Assembly: GCA_963727825.1 (NCBI GenBank)
Contig: CAVSHO010000011.1
Span: forward strand, 384,001-448,000
Reading direction: 5' to 3'
From: Ignavibacteriota bacterium
GTDB taxonomy: Bacteria > Bacteroidota > Ignavibacteria > UBA10030
Length of the DNA stretch: 64,000 nucleotides
Shown piece by piece: positions 49,666 to 60,051 of the stretch (positions within the stretch are counted from its first letter, which is position 1; the number at the start of each line of letters is the position of its first letter). Position numbers and translations under genes: made by a program. A model generated the notes under the pieces. That model was not told where the DNA came from, did no database searches, and saw nothing but the letters and a program-made list of their open reading frames with translations.

Positions 49666-50943
49666 ATGATGAAATCTTCCTCTGCCATTTCCCGATCATC
49701 TCTATCATTGGTCGTCTTGCTTCACATACTTCTTGTACAGGATCTGGTTGCCGCACAATATCATGTGAAAAATAATTGCGTGGTAAGCAATACTGATTGT
49801 TCACTTTATAAATTGATTGTGATCTTGCCTCTTGCGCAGACCAATCAATACCAAATTGTAAAGAATGTGAACGTGAATGGCGGTCAAGTGTTGACGATTC
49901 CTGAATCAGATGACAGCTATATCAGGTGGACATATACATCGGGTCTCCCTGCGGCGGGTCAGCCAAAAGAAATTGGATATGAATTCGATGTGGAATTGAA
50001 AAGCGTCGTTTTTGATTTTAATTCAGTTACTACAATTTATCCATATAATACTTCCTCGAATATTTATCAATGGTACACCGGTGCAAGTGGGGTCTATGTC
50101 GATCCTAACAATTCAACCATTCAAACTATCGGCACCACACTTTGGAATCAATCATCAAGTATTGTTGATTATGCCCGGCGGTGTTATTACTATGTGGCAC
50201 AGAACTACCAGTATCTTGATGCCTATACAGGGTTGCACACTCTTTCCGATATTTTGGTATCCGGGGGTGGAGATTGTGGAAATCTAAGTTCAATATATGT
50301 CTCATTGCTTCGATTTAAGGGAATTCCTTCTCGTCATATCGTTACCGTACGTCCCGATGGATCATACCACGTTTGGGCGGAATTTTATCTCGAGACCTAT
50401 GGCTGGATACCCGTGGACGTAACATATAAAAACAGCAATCCTTCAGGTGACTACTTTGGCAAGTATGATGGAAATGGAATCGTGATGACCAAAGAAGTCT
50501 GGCTCTTATTAGACAGAGGCGACGGATACTCATATTACTGCGCTCTTCTTCAGTCTTACAACTGGTTCTATTGGTATTCCAGCGGTGGCGGGCATATAAC
50601 ATCTTCACATTCCGTAGTCTCGACAATAACCGATGTTAAAGAAGAGATATCCTTTCCACATCATTCTATATTGGAACAAAATTATCCCAATCCATTTAAC
50701 CCAACAACAAACATTTCTTTCAATCTTCCAACGCGATCCTTTGTGTCATTGAAAGTATTTGATTTACTTGGAAGAAAAGTCTCAACACTTGTCGATGAAT
50801 CGTTATCAGCAGGTACGTACTCGCGTCAATGGAATGCAGAAAACGTGGCAAGCGGAATGTATATCTACAGGTTGGATGCTGTCTCGTCCGAGAATCCTTC
50901 AAAACGTTATGTCGAAACGAAAAAGATGTTGCTGCTGAAGTAA
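49666..50943 (+). CDS. Transglutaminase-like protein with T9SS CTD
   Basis: GDCGN..GIPSR..HVWAEFY..GWIPVD (Cys-His-Asp); NYPNPFNP..KKMLLLK. Confidence 0.88.
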   Translation: MMKSSSAISRSSLSLVVLLHILLVQDLVAAQYHVKNNCVVSNTDCSLYKLIVILPLAQTNQYQIVKNVNVNGGQVLTIPESDDSYIRWTYTSGLPAAGQPKEIGYEFDVELKSVVFDFNSVTTIYPYNTSSNIYQWYTGASGVYVDPNNSTIQTIGTTLWNQSSSIVDYARRCYYYVAQNYQYLDAYTGLHTLSDILVSGGGDCGNLSSIYVSLLRFKGIPSRHIVTVRPDGSYHVWAEFYLETYGWIPVDVTYKNSNPSGDYFGKYDGNGIVMTKEVWLLLDRGDGYSYYCALLQSYNWFYWYSSGGGHITSSHSVVSTITDVKEEISFPHHSILEQNYPNPFNPTTNISFNLPTRSFVSLKVFDLLGRKVSTLVDESLSAGTYSRQWNAENVASGMYIYRLDAVSSENPSKRYVETKKMLLLK

Positions 50944-50950
50944 GTTTATC

Positions 50951-50980
50951 GCCCCAGACATACATCATCTGGGGCTTTTT
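50951..50980 (+). terminator. Rho-independent terminator, near-identical to 44342-44373
   Basis: gccccagacatacatcatctggggc followed by T5. Confidence 0.85.
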
Positions 50981-51118
50981 ATTTACTTGAGATTCAAATA
51001 AAATAAATGTAGGATTCTGGTGGTCAAATTGAGAGGTGCTCGACCGATGCACCATCGTTTACCGGGGAACACTTCAAGATATTTTTATATTACTAAAGTC
51101 GTTTATTAAATTCCTAAT

Positions 51119-53953
51119 GTGGGAGTTATGACTATGAAGTGTCCTCAATGTTCAACAGAAATTCTTGATTCTACAAAATTCTGTCCCGAATGCGGTAATC
51201 CTCTATCACCTTTGGTGAAGCTTCCTGATCTAAATGTTGATCGCACTAATCTTTTACAAACTTACATTCCGGCGGAACTCGCTAAAAGAATTCTTTCTGC
51301 CGGCAAGCAGATCGAAAGTGAGCGCCGATTGGTCACCGTAGTCTTTGCCGATGTCAGCGGTTTCACTGCAATGTCTGAAAAGCTCGATCCTGAAGAAGTC
51401 TCTTCTGTACTAAATGACTGCTTTAGAGGGCTCATCTCCATCGTCTACAAGTACGAAGGAGTAATCGATAAATTCATCGGTGACGAAATCATGGCCATCT
51501 TCGGAGCTCCTCTGACACACGAGAATGACCCGGAGCGAGCTGTACGCTGCTCAATGGAAATGATGGAATATATGGAACGCTTCAATCAACTCAGTCCTGT
51601 AGCATTACCAGAACCGCTTGGGATACATATTTCGATGAATACCGGTATGGTAGTCGCAGGTAACGTCGGCAGCGATTTAAGGATGAACTACTCTATCATC
51701 GGAGATACGGTTAATCTTGCAAGCAGATTGAAACACTTTGCTGAACGCGGTGAGATTGTTGTCAGTGAGGATACTTATAGAATTGTATCATCTCTTATTT
51801 CAACAGAAGAACCACAACTGGTAGAAATAAAAGGAAAAAGTGAACCGGTGAAGGTCTATAAAATTCTTTCGCTGAAAGGAGGAATAGAACCGGGAACGAG
51901 AGTGACACAAAAGAACCCCATCATTGGTAGAGAACAGGAAATAGAGCAACTTAAAAAAGCTATCCAGCAAGTTCTCCATAAAAAAGAACAGCGGTTGTTC
52001 ATACGCGGTGAAGCTGGTGTGGGAAAAACCCGGTTGAAACTGGAGTTAATCCAGCATGCAAAATCATCTGGTATTACGGCTTATGAAGGAAAATGTTCGA
52101 GCTTTGAGATCAATACTCCATATTACCTATGGACAACATTATTGAAAGACATCCTTCAACTGAAAGCAGATGCCATAGAAAGCGAAACACGCAAGCGACT
52201 TCACGATATGCTTCAGATCCTCTCACTAGAAAAGCAGGAGCCATATCTGGCCACGTTATTGTCTTTGAGATACGAAGAGATACTATTGGAAGAAGATCAA
52301 GGGCGCAAGAAGCGCATATTTGAATCTTTGAAGGAGTTAATCCGAGCGTTAGCTAATAGAAAGCCGTTACTGTTTCTTCTTGAAGACGTTCACTGGATCG
52401 ACCGATTCTCGCAGGATATGCTAAAATATTTATTCACTGAAGAACGGCTTGCACCCGCGATGTTCGTGACGTTATTCAGAGATGAGTATACGCATTCCAA
52501 AGAACTGATTGAAAAAGGTGGCACACTCATAGATCTAAACCGATTAACAAGACCAGATGCGCAGAAACTGATGTGTGCAAGATTAAATGCAGATGAAGTA
52601 CCAAACAATCTTGCCGAACTCATCTACAAACGCTCAGAGGGGAATCCGTTCTTCATCGAAGAGTTAGTAAAGACATTAATAGATAAAAACATTGTTGCCG
52701 TCAAAAAACAGAAACTGGAGATATTGAAATCAGACTTCGAGAGCATACTTCCCGAGACCGTTCAAGGAGTCATTATGGCACGCATTGATCGTCTGGAAGA
52801 GAAACTAAAAGATGTTCTTTACAGTGCATCGGTAATCGGAAGAGAGTTCGATAAATCGCTCCTGAAAGAGATTTTGAAGAAGAAGGAAGCCGTTGATCCG
52901 TCGCTCACCGAATTGCTGTCTCTGGAGTTGATTCTGGAGAAGGAAGAAGCAAAGGAATTAGGGTATCTCTTCAAGCATTACCTGATTCAGGAAGTCGCGT
53001 ACAACACAATCCTGCAAAAAAAGCGTAGAGAACTCCACAAGCTGATCGCACAGGCGATTGAGAAGGTTTATGCCGAGAAGCTGAAAGATTTCTTCGAACT
53101 CCTCTCCTTCCATTACGAAAAGGCGGAAGAGTGGGAGAAAGCTGCCGATTATCTTAGCCGGGCGGGGAGAAAAGTAGGAGAGATTTTTTCAAAGGATGAG
53201 TCAAATGGATTTGTTGAACGTAAAGAAGTCGCCATTAACAGACTATTTGAATCAAAAGGTGAGCGTCGCTTAGGGTGGGTAATCGCCGCGGGGTTGACAG
53301 CTGCTATTGCATTCATATTGGTGGTCCTGACTGTTTTGCCTACGTTATTTGTCTGGGGCATGTTGTACTTTATTATGACGCACATCTATTTTTCATTAGA
53401 ATTTAAAACCATTGTCATTATCATATATGCTTTATTGCTGATGCCCTGGGTCAGTGCAATTTTATTTTTCTATGGAGTTCTTCCAGCAATAAGAAGGCGA
53501 CCAAAAATGATAGAACTTCTTGAGGATTGTATTATTATACGCTTTAAGGGTAACAAAGTCTTCAACATCTTTTTTTCCGAGATCGAGAGTATACGATTGT
53601 TTGACCACACGCAGAAAAGCAAGAGAGCGTTGAAATATCGGTTGCTTGATCCTTTTTACAGAATCGCTGACTATTCGAAATTTAGTATTGTGATGTGGCT
53701 CAATGATGTCGTTCTCGGAATTCTACCTCCCTATTTCTTTGGCTTCGGGTCTAAGAAAGGAGAAGTGCTGATTCGGAGGAAAAAAGGATGGAACAGACTA
53801 AGGTTGTTTATGCCTTGGCTAAATACAAGAAAGAGAAGCCGTACACTTAGTCTAACTCCCTCAGACCCAAAAGAATATTTCCAACAGATGGAATTGGCTT
53901 ATGCAAAATGGAAAAGATTAACTTCATCTGAAAACAATCAGTTAAAGGTGTGA
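51119..53953 (+). CDS. Zinc ribbon, class III cyclase, AAA/STAND ATPase, C-terminal TM region
   Basis: CPQC..CPEC; FADVSGFT, KFIGD, GDTVNLASRL; GEAGVGKT, LLEDVHW, EGNPFF; two long hydrophobic helices near aa 720-790. Confidence 0.85.
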   Translation: MGVMTMKCPQCSTEILDSTKFCPECGNPLSPLVKLPDLNVDRTNLLQTYIPAELAKRILSAGKQIESERRLVTVVFADVSGFTAMSEKLDPEEVSSVLNDCFRGLISIVYKYEGVIDKFIGDEIMAIFGAPLTHENDPERAVRCSMEMMEYMERFNQLSPVALPEPLGIHISMNTGMVVAGNVGSDLRMNYSIIGDTVNLASRLKHFAERGEIVVSEDTYRIVSSLISTEEPQLVEIKGKSEPVKVYKILSLKGGIEPGTRVTQKNPIIGREQEIEQLKKAIQQVLHKKEQRLFIRGEAGVGKTRLKLELIQHAKSSGITAYEGKCSSFEINTPYYLWTTLLKDILQLKADAIESETRKRLHDMLQILSLEKQEPYLATLLSLRYEEILLEEDQGRKKRIFESLKELIRALANRKPLLFLLEDVHWIDRFSQDMLKYLFTEERLAPAMFVTLFRDEYTHSKELIEKGGTLIDLNRLTRPDAQKLMCARLNADEVPNNLAELIYKRSEGNPFFIEELVKTLIDKNIVAVKKQKLEILKSDFESILPETVQGVIMARIDRLEEKLKDVLYSASVIGREFDKSLLKEILKKKEAVDPSLTELLSLELILEKEEAKELGYLFKHYLIQEVAYNTILQKKRRELHKLIAQAIEKVYAEKLKDFFELLSFHYEKAEEWEKAADYLSRAGRKVGEIFSKDESNGFVERKEVAINRLFESKGERRLGWVIAAGLTAAIAFILVVLTVLPTLFVWGMLYFIMTHIYFSLEFKTIVIIIYALLLMPWVSAILFFYGVLPAIRRRPKMIELLEDCIIIRFKGNKVFNIFFSEIESIRLFDHTQKSKRALKYRLLDPFYRIADYSKFSIVMWLNDVVLGILPPYFFGFGSKKGEVLIRRKKGWNRLRLFMPWLNTRKRSRTLSLTPSDPKEYFQQMELAYAKWKRLTSSENNQLKV

Positions 53954-54052
53954 TGATTTCTTTTTAATTGTTACTTCAGCCCTTTATTTGCGAAAGATGC
54001 TATTAGAACAATGACGGTACTAAAATCTAAAATATAATTTGATGGGACATTT

Positions 54053-55159
54053 ATGAGCACGATGAGAACACGAAAAATGTTATTATTATTAGCGATAGTG
54101 CTATTCTGTTTGGGATGCAACAAACAGGATGACTTACTTATACGCACCATTGTAATAGGAGGCGGATTATTCTCAGACGCGAATACTTTCAATATAGGTG
54201 CGTTTATTGTGTTTACACCTGATGGAACGACTATTGTAAATGGTTCTGGTAAGTGGTCATCGAATGACAATGTGATGAAACTGTGGCGCGTGAGCGACGG
54301 AAGTCTCCAATATACAATCCGGATGAATGCCAAAAATGGCAATGTTCCTGCCGTCACTGCAATAACTTTTGATCCTTCCGGGCGACTATTAGCGACTGGG
54401 CACAGCGACAATATTATTAGAATATGGCGACTTAGTGACGGATCATTACTAAAAGCTTTCAAATCACCATACGTGGTTATCACGGGTCTTAGCTATAGTC
54501 CCGATGGAAAAATCCTCGCCGGTTGTCATTCCGTCGGAACCCTTATATTGTGGAATATGGAAAATGATTCAATTATTCGAACCCAATGGCCGTCCAGCAA
54601 GATGGAAGGATCATTCGTCAGAGCAAAATTCAATTCTGACGGTAGTGAGCTTATAACAGGAATGCTCAATGGAGAAATACTAATTCTACGTGTGAAAGAT
54701 GGTGAACTTCTGCGAAAATTTGGTGAAAGTGATATTCCTGGTTATCCGGAAATGATTTCTCTTGTTGTGGCTCGCAGCGAAAATGTCTTAGCGACTATCC
54801 ATACGGACGGCTTCGTTAAAATTTGGCGAATCAGTGATGGTTCTCTTGTGAAAACGATTAAATCAGATCCATCAATCTTCAACCGTGTCGCTCTAAACAC
54901 ACAGGGAAACCTGTTGGCGATTGGTTCCTATTATTCTGAAGCCAGAGAGGCAGGGCCAAGCGATTGGTTTGGTATGATATTTGACAAAAGAAACTATAGT
55001 GTGAAGCTGTACAGGACTTCTGATGGAATTCTTCTTCATTCTTTTAAAGGACACAAATGGGATGTAACTTCAGTGAACTTCAGTCCAGATGATAAACTCC
55101 TGGCGAGTTTCGGAATGGATAGATCTATTAAAATTTGGGATATCAGAGGATTTAAATAA
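54053..55159 (+). CDS. WD40-repeat lipoprotein
   Basis: Lipobox CLG-C; repeated F(S/T)PDG..KLWR.SDG. Confidence 0.85.
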   Translation: MSTMRTRKMLLLLAIVLFCLGCNKQDDLLIRTIVIGGGLFSDANTFNIGAFIVFTPDGTTIVNGSGKWSSNDNVMKLWRVSDGSLQYTIRMNAKNGNVPAVTAITFDPSGRLLATGHSDNIIRIWRLSDGSLLKAFKSPYVVITGLSYSPDGKILAGCHSVGTLILWNMENDSIIRTQWPSSKMEGSFVRAKFNSDGSELITGMLNGEILILRVKDGELLRKFGESDIPGYPEMISLVVARSENVLATIHTDGFVKIWRISDGSLVKTIKSDPSIFNRVALNTQGNLLAIGSYYSEAREAGPSDWFGMIFDKRNYSVKLYRTSDGILLHSFKGHKWDVTSVNFSPDDKLLASFGMDRSIKIWDIRGFK

Positions 55160-55270
55160 GTAAACTGTAAGGTTATAGTGATGAAAGAAGTGCTTACAAG
55201 GACTCTATCTTTTTACAGGGGCACAATTAAAAAAACCTTTTAAACCTTTTAACAGATTTGAAATCGAATT

Positions 55271-55975
55271 ATGAAACTAACCGAATTCAAGAGATATATT
55301 CTCATCGTTTGCCTGGCTGTGTCAGTTTTGGAAAGCTGCGACAGTCAAACATCCACCCGCATCCTGTTCATCGGCAATAGTTACACATTCTTCAACGGCG
55401 GTCTTAACAAACAATTAAAAGGGCTGGCTCCTTCAATTGAAACAGAGTGTATTGCTGTAGGTGGATATACTCTTGAGAAGCATTGGACAGAAGGCAATGC
55501 CGTCCAAATGATTCGTGATGGAAAATGGGACTATGTCATTTTGCAGGAACAAAGCCAGATCCCAGTCATTAATCAGAAAAAGTTCTATGACTTTGCTCGA
55601 AAGTTCGACGAGGAAATCCGACAAAGTGGTGCAAAGACCATACTCTTAATGACGTGGGAACGACCTGACAGTAAACAACTTGGAGTCACAACGGACAACT
55701 TGGCAACCGCTTATACAGCTGTTGGAAAAGAACTGGGCGTCAAGGTAGCCCCAGCGGGACTAGCTTTCGCACGTTCCATTAGTGACAAGCCCGAACTTGC
55801 ATTGTACAATCAGGATGGACATCCGACCGTGGAGGGGACTTACCTGGCAGCATGTGTTCTTTACCAAACAATATTTGAAAACAGTCCTGTTGGAAATCCG
55901 TATTCGGAGGAATCTATTCCCGCTGAAATAAGAGCTTATCTACAAGGAATAGCGGCAGAGAATCCGGGGTTATGA
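55271..55975 (+). CDS. SGNH/GDSL hydrolase (DUF4886-like)
   Basis: ILFIGNSYT, WDYVILQEQS, DGHP..GTYLAA. Confidence 0.82.
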   Translation: MKLTEFKRYILIVCLAVSVLESCDSQTSTRILFIGNSYTFFNGGLNKQLKGLAPSIETECIAVGGYTLEKHWTEGNAVQMIRDGKWDYVILQEQSQIPVINQKKFYDFARKFDEEIRQSGAKTILLMTWERPDSKQLGVTTDNLATAYTAVGKELGVKVAPAGLAFARSISDKPELALYNQDGHPTVEGTYLAACVLYQTIFENSPVGNPYSEESIPAEIRAYLQGIAAENPGL

Positions 55976-56089
55976 CCGAGCAGAGTTTAGACATTGCGAT
56001 TAGATTTAAACTGGTTTTAAATTAATCATTATTTAGTTCTACCTACTTTTATATGTATCTATAAATGCGAGGAAAAAATAGGATAGACA

Positions 56090-57367
56090 ATGTCTCCCAC
56101 AAAGAAAAAATCCGTCTCAGCGCGACCGAATATCCGGAAGCTTGAATCGCTTATTGATGCAGCGAAACAACTCAACACCACATTTGATCTGGATAAACTT
56201 CTCTCCATCATTCTCGACCATGCCACGAAGAATCTCAATGCAGCACGAGGAACGATCTATCTCGTCGATGAACAGACAAAGGAGATTTGGTCGAAAGTGG
56301 TGAAAGGGACCGGGCTTATTGAAATCAGATTACCGATTGGGACTGGCATTTCCGGAACAGTTGCTAAGACAGGAAAAACAATCAATGTGAAAGACGCAAG
56401 CAAAGATAAACGATTCTATTCGGCTATTGACAATAAATCTGGCTTCCATACAAAAACGATGCTTTGCAGGCCAATGAGAAATAGAAATGGAGCCATTATA
56501 GGAGTCTTCCAGATCATCAACAAAAAACGAGGCGTTTTTAATCGTAACGATGAATTATTTCTGGATGCGTTTTCTGAGCATGCGTCACTCGCCCTCGAAA
56601 ATGCGAGACTATATCAAGCTGATCTTGAACATGCGCGAGTGGATAAAGAAATTCAGATCGCCGCTGAAATGCAGCAGCAGCTTTTCCCGAAAGAAATAAT
56701 TCAAATCCCGTCGTATGAACTTTCTGCAACTGTCCAACCGTGTGCATCAATCGGCGGTGATTCGTACGACATCATTCCGCTCAAGGATGGAAAATTTGCT
56801 ATCACTATCGCTAATGTCTCCGGAAAAGGAATCCCAGCCGCTCTTTTAGTATCGACTTTGCATGCTTTATTGCGAGTGTACCTGCAGTATCCAATAGAAT
56901 TGGTCGAGCTGGTTAGGAGATTGCATACTCTCGTTTACGATAATAGTCCGATAGAACGCTTCATCACTTTCTTTATCATGATTTTTGATCCGATCAATCA
57001 TAAGTTCACATATGTGAATGCCGGGCATAACCCGCCATTCCTTTTCCGAAAAAACAGAAATGATATTAACGAACTTATGGCAAGCGGTTTGCCTCTGGGA
57101 ATGATGAAAGAACAGCAGTTTGAAATCCATCAAATAGATCTGGATCATGGCGATGTGTTGGTTTTGTATACTGACGGAGTGACAGAGGCGGCAAATAAAA
57201 AGCTTCAGCAATTTGGTGAAGAGAAATTGCGGAAATGTGTTTTCAAAAACTTAGACATGACAGCCGACACGATTAAAGAATGTGTAGTGAGGGATGTTCG
57301 AGGATTCGTCGGAAATTTTCCGATGTCCGATGATTTAACCTTAATGGTGCTGAAGAGAAACTCGTAG
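56090..57367 (+). CDS. GAF plus PP2C/SpoIIE (RsbU-like) phosphatase
   Basis: GAF with INKKRG.F..D; GGDSYD, IANVSGKG, NAGH, YTDGVTE, DDLT. Confidence 0.88.
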   Translation: MSPTKKKSVSARPNIRKLESLIDAAKQLNTTFDLDKLLSIILDHATKNLNAARGTIYLVDEQTKEIWSKVVKGTGLIEIRLPIGTGISGTVAKTGKTINVKDASKDKRFYSAIDNKSGFHTKTMLCRPMRNRNGAIIGVFQIINKKRGVFNRNDELFLDAFSEHASLALENARLYQADLEHARVDKEIQIAAEMQQQLFPKEIIQIPSYELSATVQPCASIGGDSYDIIPLKDGKFAITIANVSGKGIPAALLVSTLHALLRVYLQYPIELVELVRRLHTLVYDNSPIERFITFFIMIFDPINHKFTYVNAGHNPPFLFRKNRNDINELMASGLPLGMMKEQQFEIHQIDLDHGDVLVLYTDGVTEAANKKLQQFGEEKLRKCVFKNLDMTADTIKECVVRDVRGFVGNFPMSDDLTLMVLKRNS

Positions 57368-57369
57368 GC

Positions 57370-57530
57370 ATTGAGGGAGGTATTAAATTTAGGATACGAG
57401 AGGGTATTATCTAAAGCCAGGGGCATCGCACCCTGTTCCCGATGTATGGGGCAATATTTCTGCAAGGTCATGGGGATTAAGCCGGGCGATGGATTATTTC
57501 GAAACAAATAAAAGCATTGATGCGAAACGT
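57370..57530 (+). pseudogene. Internal fragment of a CE15-like (glucuronoyl/acetylxylan) esterase
   Basis: 57405-57530 translates YYLKPGASHPVPDVWGNISARSWGLSRAMDYFETNKSIDAKR, resembling the WG..AW.WG.SR..DY.E..D.KR segment before the CE15 catalytic Ser. Confidence 0.65.
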
Positions 57531-59173
57531 TATATGCCCGGCTGAATATATCGAACAGGTGCAAAATAAAGCCGCTCATATCTGCGTGGATCATTTTCAA
57601 TTCGCGGTGGTAAATCAAAAATCATTGTTGGTCTGGTTTCTAAATTAAACCGCGGCCACTCGGGAATTGTTTTAATATTAGGATTACCAGTACGCGCAAA
57701 CGCAATCCAGACGTCACTTATTATATCCGCCATCTTCTGTGCATCGGTAGTATTGTTTACCATCGTGGGGCAATATGCAATATTATCGAATGAAAGTGGA
57801 ATATCCAATCCGTGAGGTGATTTCCATTTTCCGCCGTTGACCGGCGTCCGCCAATTAAGCTGATATACGTACGTAGGTGCCGCGTTTTGTATCGCTCTTC
57901 GTTCCGATTCAATTACGAATCCCTTCCACGAACGCGCCGCAGTCGATGCGGCAAAGAAAATATCTGATGGCGAATACTGCGGATACCATTGCCGGTATGC
58001 AGCGATGATATCTTGTGGAGTGAGATCACCGATGAATTGTTTTACGGATTTTTGAATTCGTGCCGGCAATTCTTCCCACGAGAGATCGAACAATGTCGAG
58101 TCGCCGCCGCCGATCAGAATCGTTGTCTCGTCATGTGTATTTCCCATCATCATTGGAATATCGGCAGACAAAGGTGATGCATCGGGATCGAACGGATCGC
58201 GCGGTAACACAAGACTGTCGGTGACCGGTCCGAAATACATATCGCGGGAAGCTTCAATCAAGCGCTCCATTGGAATTGTATCGAGTTCGCTGGAGCGATC
58301 GGGCATTAGCCCCAGGTTCTTCAACACCTGCAATGCCGTTTCTGTAGCATGCTTTTTTGTCCTTCCGGTAAGCTGTTGTCCGCTTTCTGTAATGACGCGT
58401 TGGAATAATCCTTTCGCAGCAGGCATTGCCGTCAGTGTTGCGCATTTTGCGCCGCCACCGGATTGTCCGAATATCGTTACATTCTTCGGATCGCCACCGA
58501 ATTCTGTAATATTATCCCGCACCCATTGCAAGGCGAGGACCAAATCCAGCATACCGGCGTTTCCTGATTCTGCAAATTCTTTTCCGCGTATTTCTGCTAG
58601 ATAAAGATAACCGAAAACATTCAACCGATGATTGACTGTAACAACGACGACATCTCCTCTCTTGCATAAACGAACGCCATCCAGCATATCGAAGTTACTT
58701 GACGAATTATTATATCCTCCGCCATGAATATACACCATCACGGGTCGTTTGTTACCGTCGTGTAATGCCGGAGTCCATACATTTAAATGCAGGCAATCCT
58801 CACTTATCCGGGTTCCTTCCTTAGGCGACGGGAAAAAAATATATCTGCCTGTCATCTGTTGTGGGGCGAACGGCCCAAACTCCTGCGCATCGCGTATGCC
58901 GCTCCATAGCTTTGGTGGAAGAGGCGGTTTAAAACGATGCAGCGCTGTATTGTCGCCGTACGGAATTCCTTTAAAGGCGCAAATACCGTTATCGATATAA
59001 CCGCGAATTATTCCCGCTGTTGTTGTCGCGATGGGTGCATTATCTGCTGCTGAAACTGCGGACAAATGCATGCCAGAAAATAATACCGCAATCATCCAAT
59101 GTTTTAGGCTCAATACCGTGCTGCTGTGTAATGGTTTTATACTGTTCTCATTGAGCAGAAGTAATTGCTTCAA
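57530..59173 (-). CDS. Type B carboxylesterase/lipase
   Basis: FKGIPY, SEDCL.LNVW, IHGGG, FGGDPKNVTIFGQSGGG. Confidence 0.9.
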   Translation of the reverse strand: MKQLLLLNENSIKPLHSSTVLSLKHWMIAVLFSGMHLSAVSAADNAPIATTTAGIIRGYIDNGICAFKGIPYGDNTALHRFKPPLPPKLWSGIRDAQEFGPFAPQQMTGRYIFFPSPKEGTRISEDCLHLNVWTPALHDGNKRPVMVYIHGGGYNNSSSNFDMLDGVRLCKRGDVVVVTVNHRLNVFGYLYLAEIRGKEFAESGNAGMLDLVLALQWVRDNITEFGGDPKNVTIFGQSGGGAKCATLTAMPAAKGLFQRVITESGQQLTGRTKKHATETALQVLKNLGLMPDRSSELDTIPMERLIEASRDMYFGPVTDSLVLPRDPFDPDASPLSADIPMMMGNTHDETTILIGGGDSTLFDLSWEELPARIQKSVKQFIGDLTPQDIIAAYRQWYPQYSPSDIFFAASTAARSWKGFVIESERRAIQNAAPTYVYQLNWRTPVNGGKWKSPHGLDIPLSFDNIAYCPTMVNNTTDAQKMADIISDVWIAFARTGNPNIKTIPEWPRFNLETRPTMIFDLPPRIENDPRRYERLYFAPVRYIQPGI

Positions 59174-59505
59174 TTTACTATCACGGAATAATTCATCTCT
59201 TTTAATTTTTCTGCCGCACGTGCTCGCTGATCACCTTGCAGTTCAATCTTTCCTTCTTTCACAGTGCCGCCGGTTCCGCAAAATTGCTTCAACATTCGCG
59301 CTATATCTTCCATTGTCGCCGGATTATGTCGTAAGCCGTTTATAATCGTTACAATTTTTCCTTTTCTTCCATGTGTATCCAGAGCAAGATGAACTGTTTT
59401 TCCTTTGCCATCGTGCTTTCGCTTTTCAGGAGCAGGAATAGTCATTTGTGGTTCAAGCAGTCGTTCCAAATCCGAAAGAGAATGATATTTTTTTTGACGT
59501 TCCAT
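59170..59505 (-). CDS. yciH: SUI1/YciH translation initiation factor
   Basis: GRKGKIVTII..LKQFCGTGGTVK..IELQGDQR. Confidence 0.85.
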   Translation of the reverse strand: MERQKKYHSLSDLERLLEPQMTIPAPEKRKHDGKGKTVHLALDTHGRKGKIVTIINGLRHNPATMEDIARMLKQFCGTGGTVKEGKIELQGDQRARAAEKLKEMNYSVIVN

Positions 59506-59661
59506 TTTGGGTGCAAGATAAGCAGCATTCAATATAACGGACAGTTAAAGGGGAAGATTAGTAAGTTTTAAAAATTGAAATGATATGCGGTGTATAGAGT
59601 TATTGCACGACACCGTATAAGATATCTTATAATTCCAACAAAATATAATTATCTACGATTC

Positions 59662-59985
59662 CTATTTAATAGATGCTCGTAGCTTAACTTTTAAATCGTG
59701 AATGTGCTGACGGATATCTTTCAGCTGAGCGTAGTCTTTGCTCGCTACAGCTGTAGAGCGTTTCTTCTTCCAATTCCGAATCTCCAACTTCATAGAACTT
59801 TTTCCAGCTATCTTTGCTTGATGATGAACGTGACCTTCGATACCCAGCGCTATACAAAGTGCAGGCACAAGTTTTTCTTTATGCATCGTAATGTGCCCAT
59901 GAACGGCTTCGTGATCGATACCGTCGGCGATCTTCCGCAGTTCGCTTACCGACATCTTGTTGAGTTCTTCATATGTGTATGCCAT
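59662..59985 (-). CDS. Small basic protein with a Rho-N-like N terminus
   Basis: EELNKMSVSELRKIA..HKEKLV; GGAGG RBS. Confidence 0.55.
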   Translation of the reverse strand: MAYTYEELNKMSVSELRKIADGIDHEAVHGHITMHKEKLVPALCIALGIEGHVHHQAKIAGKSSMKLEIRNWKKKRSTAVASKDYAQLKDIRQHIHDLKVKLRASIK

Positions 59986-60051
59986 TGAGCATCCTCCTGT
60001 GTTGTATGATTACCACAATTACATAAGTTGTTTTCGAGAATAAATCTGAAT

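Noticed and set aside
37148-57367. Integron cassette array (long run of plus-strand accessory genes)
   Set aside because: No integrase and no recurring attC-like sites between genes; several genes have their own promoters or terminators.
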